Position numbers and translations under genes: made by a program. Of a stretch of DNA of 64,000 nt, positions 11,001 to 21,539 are shown piece after piece. This DNA is from Sulfolobales archaeon HS-7 (GTDB taxonomy: Archaea; Thermoproteota; Thermoprotei_A; Sulfolobales; Sulfolobaceae). The notes beneath the pieces are model-generated. The model ran no database searches. It saw nothing but the letters and a program-made list of their open reading frames with translations, and was not told where the DNA came from. Location: positions 1,728,001 through 1,792,000 of the forward strand of contig AP024596.1 of assembly GCA_019704295.1 (NCBI GenBank), written 5' to 3'. The stretch's first letter is position 1. Each line of letters begins with the position of its first letter.

Positions 11001-11333
11001 TTACGCGTTAAGCGCTATTAAGGATGCCTTTAACAGTTCCCCTAAAATAACCATGATCGAGTTTATTACCTTATCCTCGTCTATTTGCTCTCCCACCGAT
11101 TCCGCCTTTACTTCGCTAACTATTTCATTTGCTATATCCGAAACCGTCCTTTTTCCATCACACATATTCCACACGTAGAATGCCACAGGAGCTACCTCAT
11201 AAGTTCTTTCCTCATCCAACTTGATATAAAAACCCTCCTCGCTTTCGTCTTGTCCAACTGCTTCTCCTCTCTTCAGAGGTGTAACGTTTCTCATTTCTTC
11301 AAAGTTTAACGAATTATTCTCATTACTGGTCAT
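11001..11333 (-). CDS. PqqD-family (RRE-like) small protein
   Basis: YVWNMCDGKRTVSDI ... L.ELLKASLI winged-helix PqqD pattern. Confidence 0.75.
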   Translation of the reverse strand: MTSNENNSLNFEEMRNVTPLKRGEAVGQDESEEGFYIKLDEERTYEVAPVAFYVWNMCDGKRTVSDIANEIVSEVKAESVGEQIDEDKVINSIMVILGELLKASLIALNA

Positions 11334-11755
11334 TCATCTTCGCCTTCATTATGCCTTCTGTATCCTCTCCCCCTTCCCCTAAAGTTCCTCCTCTGTGGTC
11401 TATAACCTTCTGGGGCCTCAGGAGAATTTTGAGGAATCTCCGATTCTGACGGGAATGCATCGCCGTCTGCCTCACTTATTTTACTTGTATTTCCTGCGTT
11501 AAGATTAACTTGATTCCTAAAAACGGATGTCCAGGCATTCTCGATAACTATGACTTTTCCTGCCTGAATAGAACCAGCTAATTTACCCCAAAGGGTGAGC
11601 TTCGTCCTACCAGTTTCGTCACCTACAGTAGCCTCGCTTATAGTTCTAACTCCATTCCTAGTCGTAATTTCCCTTTGCTCACCCGCTTCAAGAACTCGAA
11701 CCTTCACGTTTATATTGCTCATATTTGGTTTGAGATTACCTACTTTTTCTTCCAT
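11330..11755 (-). CDS. ssb: Crenarchaeal single-stranded DNA-binding protein
   Basis: MEEKVGNLKPNM, VGDETGR.KLTLWG OB fold, and an R/G-rich plus acidic tail. Confidence 0.95.
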   Translation of the reverse strand: MEEKVGNLKPNMSNINVKVRVLEAGEQREITTRNGVRTISEATVGDETGRTKLTLWGKLAGSIQAGKVIVIENAWTSVFRNQVNLNAGNTSKISEADGDAFPSESEIPQNSPEAPEGYRPQRRNFRGRGRGYRRHNEGEDE

Positions 11756-12303
11756 ACCTAATCTATCTCACTTAAGTTATGCAAGATGAGCTTAGTTGTT
11801 TACGTATAAAAATTTTTCTCTCTGAAAAAGTTTCAGAATATATTCTATAAAATGTTTACTTGTGATCTGCAAAACATGTCACTCAACCCTCAAGTGTTAC
11901 CTTACATAAGCATCTACGAATAACAACTTTACTAGATCTCATGTTAAATATATCAATAAATTAGTTTAATTTAATTTCTAAATAACATTCTTTATAACTT
12001 TTTACCTTATCTAGTTATTCCCGTTGATTGCATATTATACACTGTTGGATAAGTTTCAATGCACATTAGACTTTGTTATGAGGTCATAGAGGCATCGCCT
12101 AGTATCCTCAGGAGGAACTAGAAGTTTCTAAACTGCTAAAAGCGCCTTCTTAAGTTAGAGATATTTGTTATTTTCCACCAACGAAAAGATTGAAAACAAA
12201 GCCTTATATCAGCATTTTGAAGTAGTTTTTGCGTTAGTGTAGCGAAATTCATGAAAGTCCTGTCGCCCCCTACTTATGGAAAAGTTATCTGAAAGCTCGC
12301 TAG

Positions 12304-12768
12304 CTATTTAGAGGTTATTTTGTTTTTATTTCTCTCTTCTCCTGATATCTTACTTATTTCCTCATATAATTCGGGGTACGTATTCCTGATTTTCTTCAGG
12401 GACCACGGTTTTAATCTCTTCGACTTTACCCCCCTTATTACCGATCTAATCCACGTATCATAAATCCGATCCCCTCCTTTCACATAAAATTCGCGTAGAA
12501 TACGAAGACATTCATCATCACTCAACTGCTTAATATTACAGAGATATCTGCTCCCGACGTAAAGTATAAATCTCTTTCTGCCGTCCTTAAGCCCGGTCTT
12601 TAGAACAGTGTCAATCCATCCATATGTTATTTTATTCACGATAGGGATAGGAAAGTTTCCGTAAACATCAAATAGGAGCCCTTTATCGTCGTAGACTCTT
12701 GATATTTGACCATCAAACTCGACATAACCTGCCCGTGTCCCATCAGGATAGTAAAGAGGATACTTCAC
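12304..12768 (-). CDS. priX: DNA primase noncatalytic subunit PriX
   Basis: WIDTVLKTGLKDGRKRFILYVGSRYL.N.K and WIRSVIRGVK.K.LKPWSL match Sulfolobus PriX. Confidence 0.85.
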   Translation of the reverse strand: MKYPLYYPDGTRAGYVEFDGQISRVYDDKGLLFDVYGNFPIPIVNKITYGWIDTVLKTGLKDGRKRFILYVGSRYLCNIKQLSDDECLRILREFYVKGGDRIYDTWIRSVIRGVKSKRLKPWSLKKIRNTYPELYEEISKISGEERNKNKITSK

Positions 12769-12771
12769 AGA

Positions 12772-13446
12772 TCACTTTCTACCAAAATTATATAAAAACT
12801 CCTCGTCATACGGTGAGCTTAGGAGGATCCCCATCACCTTGTAGGATGATATTCTATCAATGAATTTGGTTAACGCATCTACGTTAAATTTCGGTTGGGG
12901 TAACGCTTTCAACATTTCCCTATTTTTCTCTGTAATTACAATAAAATAGGGAATCATCCTTGTTGTATCTAATCCTTCCAACTCTGCAGGATCTTCTAGG
13001 TTCAGCACGAAGTAGAAATCAGCATTTATTGCAAGTCTTTGCCTCACATCCATCATTGGTTTACGCATGCTAAGCATTATCCCCACTTTTAGATTATACC
13101 TTCTCAATACGTTAAGTGCTATTTCCGTACTAAGGTGATCTACACTGGTTCCTATACTCGGCGCATCGCCTTGAGTTATAGCGATCCAGCTCCCTAGACT
13201 ACCCATAGTTACTGCAACTGAATGTAAATGAAGTTCGTTAATGTCCCTAAGACGTTGATTTACTATTACGTACTTCTCTGAGGGAAGGACACTTCGCGCT
13301 ACACACGCTGGCAGAACTGGTAACACTCCAGGATATCCCATAGGAGAATCGGGGATGTCAATTCCGTCATAATGAGACAGCTTTTCTACTTGTCGTTTTA
13401 TTTTATCTGTTTTCCTCTTTGCGATCAATTCCGCAAGCATCAGCAT
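12772..13446 (-). CDS. Short methylenetetrahydrofolate reductase-like (FAD-linked TIM barrel) protein
   Basis: DGIDIPDSPMG, RLRDIN and TQGD resemble MTHFR motifs. Confidence 0.55.
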   Translation of the reverse strand: MLMLAELIAKRKTDKIKRQVEKLSHYDGIDIPDSPMGYPGVLPVLPACVARSVLPSEKYVIVNQRLRDINELHLHSVAVTMGSLGSWIAITQGDAPSIGTSVDHLSTEIALNVLRRYNLKVGIMLSMRKPMMDVRQRLAINADFYFVLNLEDPAELEGLDTTRMIPYFIVITEKNREMLKALPQPKFNVDALTKFIDRISSYKVMGILLSSPYDEEFLYNFGRK

Positions 13447-14502
13447 GACGATAAACTAATGATACCTGTTAATAAATTATATTCTAAAGGAAGTTAGGAT
13501 AACTCAATTAACCTGGAATTACTAAGAGGTCAATCATCATGGCGTTGCAAACAACACTTTATGATTTGCTATCCTGTCCGAAAGAATCCCTCAAGCCCTA
13601 AGGGGATACCGCATTGATCTCCATGTCCAGGGTATCCCAAGGGGGATGTTAGTTGAAGCTAAGATATACCTGGCAATCTTGAATTGGTATTTTGGTGACT
13701 TCGTAAGATGTTGTATACTTCCTCTCTAAGGTAACTATGTGAATAGTGATTTAGAACTTCACCTAGATAAACGTCGTAATCTTTCACGTTATTTACCTTG
13801 GGCAACTAGGTTTTCTTCATGACTAAATCATTGTAAGGACTCGCTATTCTTATTCCTAGAGCTACACAATAACGTCAAATTTACAATAAGTATTATTTAC
13901 TTTATTAACTAAATTTGAATGTATATGAATAATTATCCTCGCACCGTATAATCAGGACGATAGTATAGGAGAATTACGAGAAATGAAACTCCCTTACTGA
14001 CTTCCTAAGTGCCCTAAAAATATCCGGCACTGTCCTCTGCTAACTTTTAATTCATAACGCTGAAATCCTCTTTTCAGCCTAGATCCTTGAGAGATACATC
14101 CTCACTTGCCAGTATGTTCAATAAAGTTACTTTATATTACCCTCTACTCGTAATTAAATGGATTTAATTCTAGACTCACGTGTTTTATAACTTTTTGGTT
14201 TATTTAATTATTCATATTAATTACATATTAGACACTGTACATGTTTTCTCCGTAAAAGTGAGTCTCATTAACAGTAGTGCAGAAACTCGTTAGGAGGGCC
14301 TTCGATTCCCATAGTCACCAGGCCTAACAACCCTCCAACCAACATAGAATCATTTCTTTTTTTATAAGTTATACTAACAATATCTTACTAGTGTGAGTTT
14401 TCTCAGTGAAACTGTACTATGATATTGCAATGATTATAACCCTACTTTATGCATATTAAGCAAATAAAGAACGAATATCGTATATGTATCATCAAAAAAG
14501 GC

Positions 14503-15513
14503 TTACGGCATGATAACCGTCCTGATTCGTAAATTCAATGAAATGTAGTTGCTTAGTTCTTTCGCATAGCCGTTCCTTGATCCGTCAATTATAGCGATCC
14601 TTGGTTTCGAGGTGGATATATATTCTAACGTCTCTTCGAAGTCCGCATGATCACTTAAGGCAACTCTAACCGTTCTGTTATCAATCTTTCGAACAGGTTC
14701 GTCAAACTCCCATCCAGATAGTTGAAACGCGTAATGATCGGGACTCCTCTCATAAAACCTGTTAAAATGAAGGAATTCGACGTACCATTTGTCCTTTTTA
14801 ATTTGCTCTACCGATGGATCTTTACTTTCAAATAGCTTCCCTATATTATAACCGTATTTTTCCGCTATCTTACTTATCTTAAATATCTTTCCCTCCGCTA
14901 TAAATGGAGCGTCAATTTTACTCTGCCGAAGTATCTGCATAGCCTCCTGTATTTTTCCATGATATGCAAAAACCTGAACGGGACCCTTACTAAGCGCATC
15001 AGACACGTAGTCAGAGAAAAGTTCCTCAACGTAGTCCTTAAACGGTCTAACGAATCGAGGGTTTCCATATGTTGCATCAATAATCAGGATATCTGGGTGG
15101 AGGATTTCCGTTCCCTTACCTGGTGATCTGAAGTCACCTGTATACGCTATATCGAGAAGTTTGTTTTGTACCATAAACTGTGTTGAGCCCAGTACGTGTT
15201 CAGCCTTATGTGCGCTGATCGTCTCTCCTTCTATTTCAACGCTCTGTCCGTAATTTATGGGGATTTTGATCACATCTGGAATCTTATAACCTAATACTTC
15301 TAGCACTTCTAAGGTCGCAGGGTTTGCGATTATTCCAAGCATTTGTTTTATGCTTTTGTTTATTTCGGAAATATGATCAGCATGAAAGTGCGTAACTCCT
15401 CTAAAACTAGCGAGTTCATCATGACCATCTACAACAAAGTGAACACCCAACTTTATTGCACCAGTGGGTTTCACTGTTACTAAATTCCTGAAATTAGCGA
15501 AGTTCACAATCAT
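14503..15513 (-). CDS. MBL-fold / beta-CASP-type nuclease
   Basis: THFHADH, AEHVLGS, YTGDFR, DATYG and LSDHADF motifs. Confidence 0.88.
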   Translation of the reverse strand: MIVNFANFRNLVTVKPTGAIKLGVHFVVDGHDELASFRGVTHFHADHISEINKSIKQMLGIIANPATLEVLEVLGYKIPDVIKIPINYGQSVEIEGETISAHKAEHVLGSTQFMVQNKLLDIAYTGDFRSPGKGTEILHPDILIIDATYGNPRFVRPFKDYVEELFSDYVSDALSKGPVQVFAYHGKIQEAMQILRQSKIDAPFIAEGKIFKISKIAEKYGYNIGKLFESKDPSVEQIKKDKWYVEFLHFNRFYERSPDHYAFQLSGWEFDEPVRKIDNRTVRVALSDHADFEETLEYISTSKPRIAIIDGSRNGYAKELSNYISLNLRIRTVIMP

Positions 15514-15539
15514 AATATTTAGATCGCGTTAATATCCTT

Positions 15540-15616
15540 TTACTGGCGTAATACCAAGGAGGACTCGGCATCACTCTCCCATCTACGTGGGCGTCCACCG
15601 AGTCATGGCCGTCTAC
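15540..15616 (-). ncRNA. Candidate structured RNA (hairpin, possible K-turn or H/ACA-like RNA) or 5' leader of the MBL nuclease gene
   Basis: GC-rich island with stem GACTCGG/CCGAGTC (15562-15568 with 15598-15604) and inner CCCA/TGGG. A BRE-TATA-like AAAAGTTTTTTA lies about 25 nt upstream on the minus strand. Confidence 0.45.
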
Positions 15617-15793
15617 ATTCTCTTTCCCTAGTTAGTAAAAAACTTTTCCTTTTAAACTATGTACCAACCAGCATGGGGGCAATTATCAGAAAGTCTGCCA
15701 ATAGTGTATGATTCTTGTGATAACCTATAATATGGTATTACTAGGGTAGTCAATTAATTCATTTCTCATAGAGAACAAATTACATGTGATACC

Positions 15794-16318
15794 TTGAGTA
15801 TAGATGTAGAGAATTCCTCTAACAATTATAACCTAGAAATCGCAACGCAGGCCGTAGAGAGCCTTGTACATATACTCTCCGCGGCTTCAGTAGTTGATAA
15901 ACTAGAGGGTCTGACTAGGAACGAAAGGGATGTAATTGCTAAATATATAGGAGAATGGATTTACGCTCTGCCTCGTATTGAGTACGTAGAGGGTATGATA
16001 GAAATAATAGGGGAAAACGTTAAGAACAGAATTACTTCCGTGATCTTTAATTTTTCTGACAGGTGGTTAGAGGAATTAATGATTGACGTAACTAGATTCT
16101 TAGCTGGCGAAAGCTCATACCTTTTAGGGCAGGACGTCGATCAGCTCAGCGAAAATATTATTGAATTTCTTCACGCTTTCGGGATAGAGAAAAATATAAT
16201 AGAACAGTTTTTAGTTGAAGAACCTATCAGGAAAACTAGAATACTCTGTTCTATACTCGCCGTTACCTTGATTATCTCGACTGTAAGTGAAAAGTTATGG
16301 TCGATGCGTTTTCAATAA
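15794..16318 (+). CDS. Hypothetical helical protein
   Basis: 174-aa ORF overlapping the next gene; no recognisable motif. Confidence 0.65.
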   Translation: MSIDVENSSNNYNLEIATQAVESLVHILSAASVVDKLEGLTRNERDVIAKYIGEWIYALPRIEYVEGMIEIIGENVKNRITSVIFNFSDRWLEELMIDVTRFLAGESSYLLGQDVDQLSENIIEFLHAFGIEKNIIEQFLVEEPIRKTRILCSILAVTLIISTVSEKLWSMRFQ

Positions 16319-16611
16319 TATCTGAGAAAGTTGTAGATGTTGCAATAAAATACGGTTGTGAAATTACCGTTCAGAAGGACGAAATAATATCTATCGAAGG
16401 AGTTGCAATGAGTGATATGATAGAAGCGGTAGCCAAGAGAACAGGCTTTTGGCTCTCTAAAAAGGAAGGAAGTTCATTCTTCTGTAATATATGTTCTAAG
16501 GGTCCTTTCACTAAACGTGGTCTTTACCTTCATTTATCTAGACTTCACCGGAGTGAGATCAAAAGGATTATTGAAGAAGAGCTTAAGGTTGAGGTTAAGA
16601 AATTTACGTGA
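16297..16611 (+). CDS. C2H2 zinc-finger protein
   Basis: FFCNICSKGPFTKRGLYLHLSRLH. The stop codon is supplied by the inserted element. Confidence 0.8.
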   Translation: MVDAFSIISEKVVDVAIKYGCEITVQKDEIISIEGVAMSDMIEAVAKRTGFWLSKKEGSSFFCNICSKGPFTKRGLYLHLSRLHRSEIKRIIEEELKVEVKKFT

Positions 16612-16921
16612 AGTTTCCTGCCATCATGAATAAGACATTTTCACCTCGCGATTTCCTGCTCTGCCGGGAAACCTCGTTTCCTCTTCACCCGAAGCGGAGG
16701 TTCCATAGAACGGTACCGTTCTGTAATGCCCTGTCTGGAAGACGGATTACGCAGGGTTCTCTCTCTCCACAGGCTTAAGTTCGCGATCCCAGGGGTACTG
16801 ACCAAGCTCTTACAGCCGTGGTCTAAGAAATTTTTGATATAGAAATATGAAAACCCTTTTATAAGGGCAATCCATCCACTCCCTTACGGAAGGGGACCTT
16901 CGCTTCCTTAACCTCATTAAG
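16608..16921 (-). mobile_element. SMN1-like non-autonomous IS200/IS605 element (314 bp)
   Basis: Minus strand: TTTAA (16926-16922), left end CTTAATGAGG..GGTCCCCTTCCGTAAGGGAGTGG hairpin, TATA-like segment, AAGCCTGTGGAG..GCAGGAA scaffold motifs, right end CTTCAC. Size and target site match SMN1-type elements as recalled. Confidence 0.8.
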
Positions 16922-16987
16922 TTAAAAGGGATTAACTATATTTAACTCGATGATAAGGACTAAATTTTCGTCGTTTTACAGTAATTT

Positions 16988-18136
16988 TTATCCAGAATCA
17001 CTCAACATTCTGTCCAACTCCTCCTTTAAATCTTCTACATCCTCAATACCTACAGAAAGCCTCAATAAGGTATCCGTAAGTCCAATTTTTTTCCTTTCTT
17101 CTGCAGTTAAACTCCTATGACTCATAGTCGCTGGATGGGATATTACGGAGTTTACTCCTCCCAAGGTTTGCGCTGGAATTATTAAATTACCCTTCTTCAT
17201 TACTGAAATTGCATCATTTCCCGTTCCTTTCACTTCGAAACTAATTACCCCACCATATCCTCTCAGAAGTCTTCTAGCTCTTTTGTAATCAGGATGAGAA
17301 CTAAGTCCTGGATAGATAACTTTGGAAACCTTTGGATGGTCCTCAAGAAATTCTGCTAATGCTAAGCTGTTTTGATTTATCGCGTCCATTCTTACCTTCA
17401 ACGTTTTAATACCTCGTATAGCCATATAGGCCGCATGGGGATCTATTGACGTTCCCAGTGTTCTTCGTAACAAATCTATAGAATTCATCGCGTTCCCAGA
17501 ACCTATGACAAATCCAGCGATTACGTCATTATGACCTATTAAGAACTTAGAACCGCTGTGTACTACAATGGCATTACAGTACATTAACGGATTTAGGTTA
17601 ATAGGTGTAGCAAAAGTGTTGTCCACAATTAAAGTAATCCCGTTTTCCTTTGATTCCGCACATAACCTCTCCAAGTCGGGTACTCTTAATAAGGGGTTCG
17701 TTATTGTCTCTACGAAAACAAAATTAGGTTTGGCTATTATATCAGTAGGCAAGGTTCCTGTTTCAACTACTTTAACTTTAACACCCCACTTGCTGAGGAA
17801 ATCAGTAAAAAACCTTAAAGTCCTCCCAAAAATATCCATCTGTAAGGAAACGAGATCTCCAGGTTTTATCAGTGATAAAACTGTCGTAGAAATTGCCCCC
17901 ATTCCTGATGAGAAGGAAATGCCTCTTTCTCCTAGTTCAATCGACGCTACAAGTTCGTTCAACCTCTCAACTGTTGGATTAAGCTCTCTAGAATACCTGT
18001 ATTTCTCCCCAACCGGAAAGGCGAATGATGTCGTTTGATAAATAGGTGTGGTTATTGCCCCAGTTAAAGGTTCTATTTTCTCAGCAACTAACTTACTTCC
18101 TATTCTCAATTTTAGTTCCTTTTGCGAAGTCTGCAT
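16988..18136 (-). CDS. metB: Cystathionine gamma-synthase
   Basis: PIYQTTSF, YSRELNPT, VDNTFATP, HSGSKFLIGHND (PLP Lys) and LRLSVGIED. It is adjacent to thrB; the real start may be slightly downstream. Confidence 0.88.
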   Translation of the reverse strand: MQTSQKELKLRIGSKLVAEKIEPLTGAITTPIYQTTSFAFPVGEKYRYSRELNPTVERLNELVASIELGERGISFSSGMGAISTTVLSLIKPGDLVSLQMDIFGRTLRFFTDFLSKWGVKVKVVETGTLPTDIIAKPNFVFVETITNPLLRVPDLERLCAESKENGITLIVDNTFATPINLNPLMYCNAIVVHSGSKFLIGHNDVIAGFVIGSGNAMNSIDLLRRTLGTSIDPHAAYMAIRGIKTLKVRMDAINQNSLALAEFLEDHPKVSKVIYPGLSSHPDYKRARRLLRGYGGVISFEVKGTGNDAISVMKKGNLIIPAQTLGGVNSVISHPATMSHRSLTAEERKKIGLTDTLLRLSVGIEDVEDLKEELDRMLSDSG

Positions 18137-19028
18137 TTACAACTGTGCAATGAATGTTAAAATTTGAACATTCGTTAGCAACAAATCTCCTTATATATTC
18201 CGAATTAGTACTGTCGTCAGTTAAGCCAAATACTGTGGGACCTGCACCGCTTATCGCGACTGATATCGCTCCCCCCTCAAGCAATCTTCTCTTCATACTT
18301 GGGTAGAATGGAAACAAAGATAACCTGGAAACTTCTACGACGGGATCGTGCATACCTTCCCTTATCATTTCCTTACTTCCTAATTGAAGACCGACAAGCA
18401 ATGAGGATAGACGTCTCGAAAGTTCTACGTGTTCCTCCATACTGATGGACTTTGGAACCATTTCTCTAGCTCTCTTCGTCTTTTGTTCGATGTGAATATC
18501 TGGTATAACTAGCAAGATCCTAAGATCCTTAGGAGGGGAGATAGTAAACACCTTAATTGGATTAACTGAATATACAACTGTAAAGTTCCCAAACATGCTG
18601 GCTGCAACGTTATCCGGATGAGGTACGTTAGCTGCAGCCTTCTCACCCATCATAGCGTAATAAGTTAACTTTTCATGAGGAATTCCGACACCTAAAAGTT
18701 CGTTGACTGCGCTAACGGCCGCCACAGCTGAGGCTCCACTGCTTCCTAATCCCAGTCCCACTGGTATACCTTTTGAAAGAGTTAATTTTACGCATAACTT
18801 GAGTTCTTCATCCTTTAATAAATGAAGAACGGAAAGGCCTGCAGTGTTTTTCTCGGGATCTATGGTCATTTCCCTCTGAGTAGACAACTCCACTTTCGCC
18901 TCACCCTCGCAGGTAATTGCTGCGGTAACCGTATCGAAAAAGGCATTATGGGCTACTGCAAGCAAGTCGTATCCTGGTCCCAAATTAGCTGAACTCGAAT
19001 ATGCTATAGCTTTAACGACATCCGCCAT
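18093..19028 (-). CDS. thrB: Homoserine kinase
   Basis: SSANLGPGYD, GHMP motif PVGLGLGSSGAS, HPDNV and ISGAGPT. Confidence 0.95.
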   Translation of the reverse strand: MADVVKAIAYSSSANLGPGYDLLAVAHNAFFDTVTAAITCEGEAKVELSTQREMTIDPEKNTAGLSVLHLLKDEELKLCVKLTLSKGIPVGLGLGSSGASAVAAVSAVNELLGVGIPHEKLTYYAMMGEKAAANVPHPDNVAASMFGNFTVVYSVNPIKVFTISPPKDLRILLVIPDIHIEQKTKRAREMVPKSISMEEHVELSRRLSSLLVGLQLGSKEMIREGMHDPVVEVSRLSLFPFYPSMKRRLLEGGAISVAISGAGPTVFGLTDDSTNSEYIRRFVANECSNFNIHCTVVNADFAKGTKIENRK

Positions 19029-19306
19029 CTTTACAGAGTATTAGGTTTAATTGGTTAAGAAAGCTACGTTTTAGGGAGATGAGTAATTCGCCTTAAAAAA
19101 CATTAAGATGATGAAAACACAGCAATTTCGATAGAAAAGAGTTTACTATTACAGAAGATAATGGGAACGTATACTTATGTAAATCTCTAGTAGTTTTGAT
19201 CTTCGTCGCGATTAATAGGCTCTTTTAATAAGTGTTAATAACACTAACCTGACGATTCCCATACCTAGGTTAAGATGTAGAGCTCTCAGTAGTGATTTGG
19301 GGAGTT

Positions 19307-19732
19307 TCATTTAGTTGTTTCCCTAACCTTACTACTGCCCAAACCTGATTCTAAATTGAACGGTTTCCCTGACTTAGCGATATGTGGAACTTTATCAGAA
19401 TGTTTTCTCAGGAACTCTAATTCCCTCTTAAGATCACTTTCCCTTTTCATTCTTAGATTATCTGGAAGCATTCTGGGTATTTCGTCAATAATTGGATACC
19501 ATCTTCCACAGTTATTGCAGTATAAAATGCCCTCTACTATCTCCCTCTTAAAGCACTCGTCGCATGGTGCATCACTGGCAACCTTATCCTTTCTAAGTCC
19601 ACAATAAAGCTCGCATAGGGGTTTAGTTTCATCTGTAGTTCTATCTATTTCATCTTCCTTGAAGGAGTATAGTTCTAATGGGAAATGCTTACAGATGGGA
19701 CATGCAAGCAAGTCCATTAGCCTGTATTTCAA
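19307..19732 (-). CDS. Trm112-family methyltransferase activator
   Basis: [11 protein letters not shown] ... [21 protein letters not shown]. Confidence 0.9.
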   Translation of the reverse strand: MKYRLMDLLACPICKHFPLELYSFKEDEIDRTTDETKPLCELYCGLRKDKVASDAPCDECFKREIVEGILYCNNCGRWYPIIDEIPRMLPDNLRMKRESDLKRELEFLRKHSDKVPHIAKSGKPFNLESGLGSSKVRETTK

Positions 19733-21090
19733 CTCCCTAACACCGAAGTCAATTCTCTTGAGATCTGCTCAAGTGTATTTTGGTCTTTTGACTCGATCAT
19801 TACTCTTATTATGGGTTCTGTTCCACTTTTTCTTACTAAGAACCAGTACGAATCAGTAACTATTTTAATACCGTCAATTGTAATAACCTTGCCCTTGTTC
19901 GAGTATATTGAGATAAGCTCATTGTAGATTTTATTGATGTCAGTATCTGCTTTTATGGGAACTTTAGTCTTCTTTGTAAAATACTTTGGCAGGGAATTGA
20001 AAAGTTCGTATGACGATTTTCCCTCATTTGCCATTAAGTCCAGCATTAAGGCAAATGTCATAGCGCCGTCTCTAACGTACTGATGTAAGGGGAAAATGAA
20101 TCCCCCGTTTTCCTCAAAACCCGCTATTCCTCCCTCGTTTTTCAACGTATGAGCTATTACAACACTTCCTACCTTTGTGTACTCCACTCCTATACCCTTT
20201 TCCTTTAGGAATTCCTCTACAAGTAGTGAGGACGATACTGCAGTGAAGATCCTGTTTGGAAAACCTTTTTCTTTTGTCGAAGCCCACCATGATAACAGAG
20301 CTCCAGATCTGTCGCCCCATCTAACCTCTCCCCCCGAGTCAATAAATATAGCTCTATCTGCATCGCCATCATGGGCTACACCGAGGTCAACCTTAAGGGA
20401 CTTCGCTACGTCCGACGTTTGGGCTAAAGATTCAACCGTAGGTTCTGGCGTCCTTGCTGTGAAAAGTCCATCCAAGTGAGTATTAATACCGTAGACTTTG
20501 CACCCCAGCTCACGAGCAACAATAGGGGTAGTTATAGACCCGACACTGTTAGCTCCATCAATGAGAACCTTGAAACCCTTTCCCCTTATCCTATTAACGT
20601 CAACATGAGACAGTATTCCCGATACGTAAGTTTCTATAACTCTATCCTCTCTTTTCACGTCGTTTAGTAATGATTTCCATGTAACAGAATTAAATTTTTC
20701 AGAGAAGAATATTTCTTCAATTTCATCCTCCTGTTGTCTGCTTATCTCCACGCCGTCTGGACCCATAACTTTTATTCCGTTATACTCAGCTGGATTATGA
20801 CTTGCTGTAATCATAACGCCTCCGTCATATCCTAACGTTTTAACTCCGTATTGAAGAGTAGGGGTTGGCATTAGGCCCGCTTCATATACTTTTACCCCCG
20901 TTGAGAGTAGACCCGCTTCGACAGCCTTTGTGAGCATATCTCCTCCGTTTCTTGCATCTCTTGCAATTAGAATTCTCTTATTGTCTCCAAAGAAAGTCCC
21001 TATTGCCATGCCCACTTTCAATGCAAGTTGAGGTACCATGTCCTTATTTATGATTCCTCTTATACCGTCAGTTCCAAATAATTTACCCAT
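19729..21090 (-). CDS. Phosphohexomutase (PGM/PMM/GlmM family)
   Basis: [21 protein letters not shown] and RKSGTEP. Confidence 0.95.
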   Translation of the reverse strand: MGKLFGTDGIRGIINKDMVPQLALKVGMAIGTFFGDNKRILIARDARNGGDMLTKAVEAGLLSTGVKVYEAGLMPTPTLQYGVKTLGYDGGVMITASHNPAEYNGIKVMGPDGVEISRQQEDEIEEIFFSEKFNSVTWKSLLNDVKREDRVIETYVSGILSHVDVNRIRGKGFKVLIDGANSVGSITTPIVARELGCKVYGINTHLDGLFTARTPEPTVESLAQTSDVAKSLKVDLGVAHDGDADRAIFIDSGGEVRWGDRSGALLSWWASTKEKGFPNRIFTAVSSSLLVEEFLKEKGIGVEYTKVGSVVIAHTLKNEGGIAGFEENGGFIFPLHQYVRDGAMTFALMLDLMANEGKSSYELFNSLPKYFTKKTKVPIKADTDINKIYNELISIYSNKGKVITIDGIKIVTDSYWFLVRKSGTEPIIRVMIESKDQNTLEQISRELTSVLGS

Positions 21091-21539
21091 AGAGAACTCT
21101 ATTCTTACTAGCTAATTAATGTTACACCACTTTTTTGAGTTTTACATGATAGGGCAGTTATTTGAATAACTTTGCTGGAACTGAAAGCCTTCAGTTACCA
21201 GGGGTGATTCAGAGTTCTTTACGGATTGTAATTTGTAAGAAAGATGGATAAAATAAAGTGAATTGTTGAGCGTAAGTCCCCCACTAATCATTGCGATTGT
21301 ATTGAATTACATTTATTACAATTCTTAAAATAAACTGAATTTCAAAATAAGATGTGAATTGCTCGATGTCGGCTTTTCACGTTGAAAAGAGCCCCATTAA
21401 AAGAGTTCTTGCTTAAGCAATTGCAGGGTATTAGAGTTAATCTGATATAATATTACTGATGTATTTCGAATTAGATAACCTCATGATAACAATCCCCTAA
21501 CCAATTATCCCCGTTTAACGCTCTTTTCTTTATAACGAG

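Noticed and set aside
14291-14320. tRNA 3'-half-like sequence (TTCGATTCCC...CACCA), possible att site
   Set aside because: The T-stem does not pair properly, it does not match the three tRNAs here, and there is no integrase.
19088-19160. ATGATGA C-box-like motif near 19108
   Set aside because: No good D box, and the surroundings are very AT-rich promoter-like DNA.
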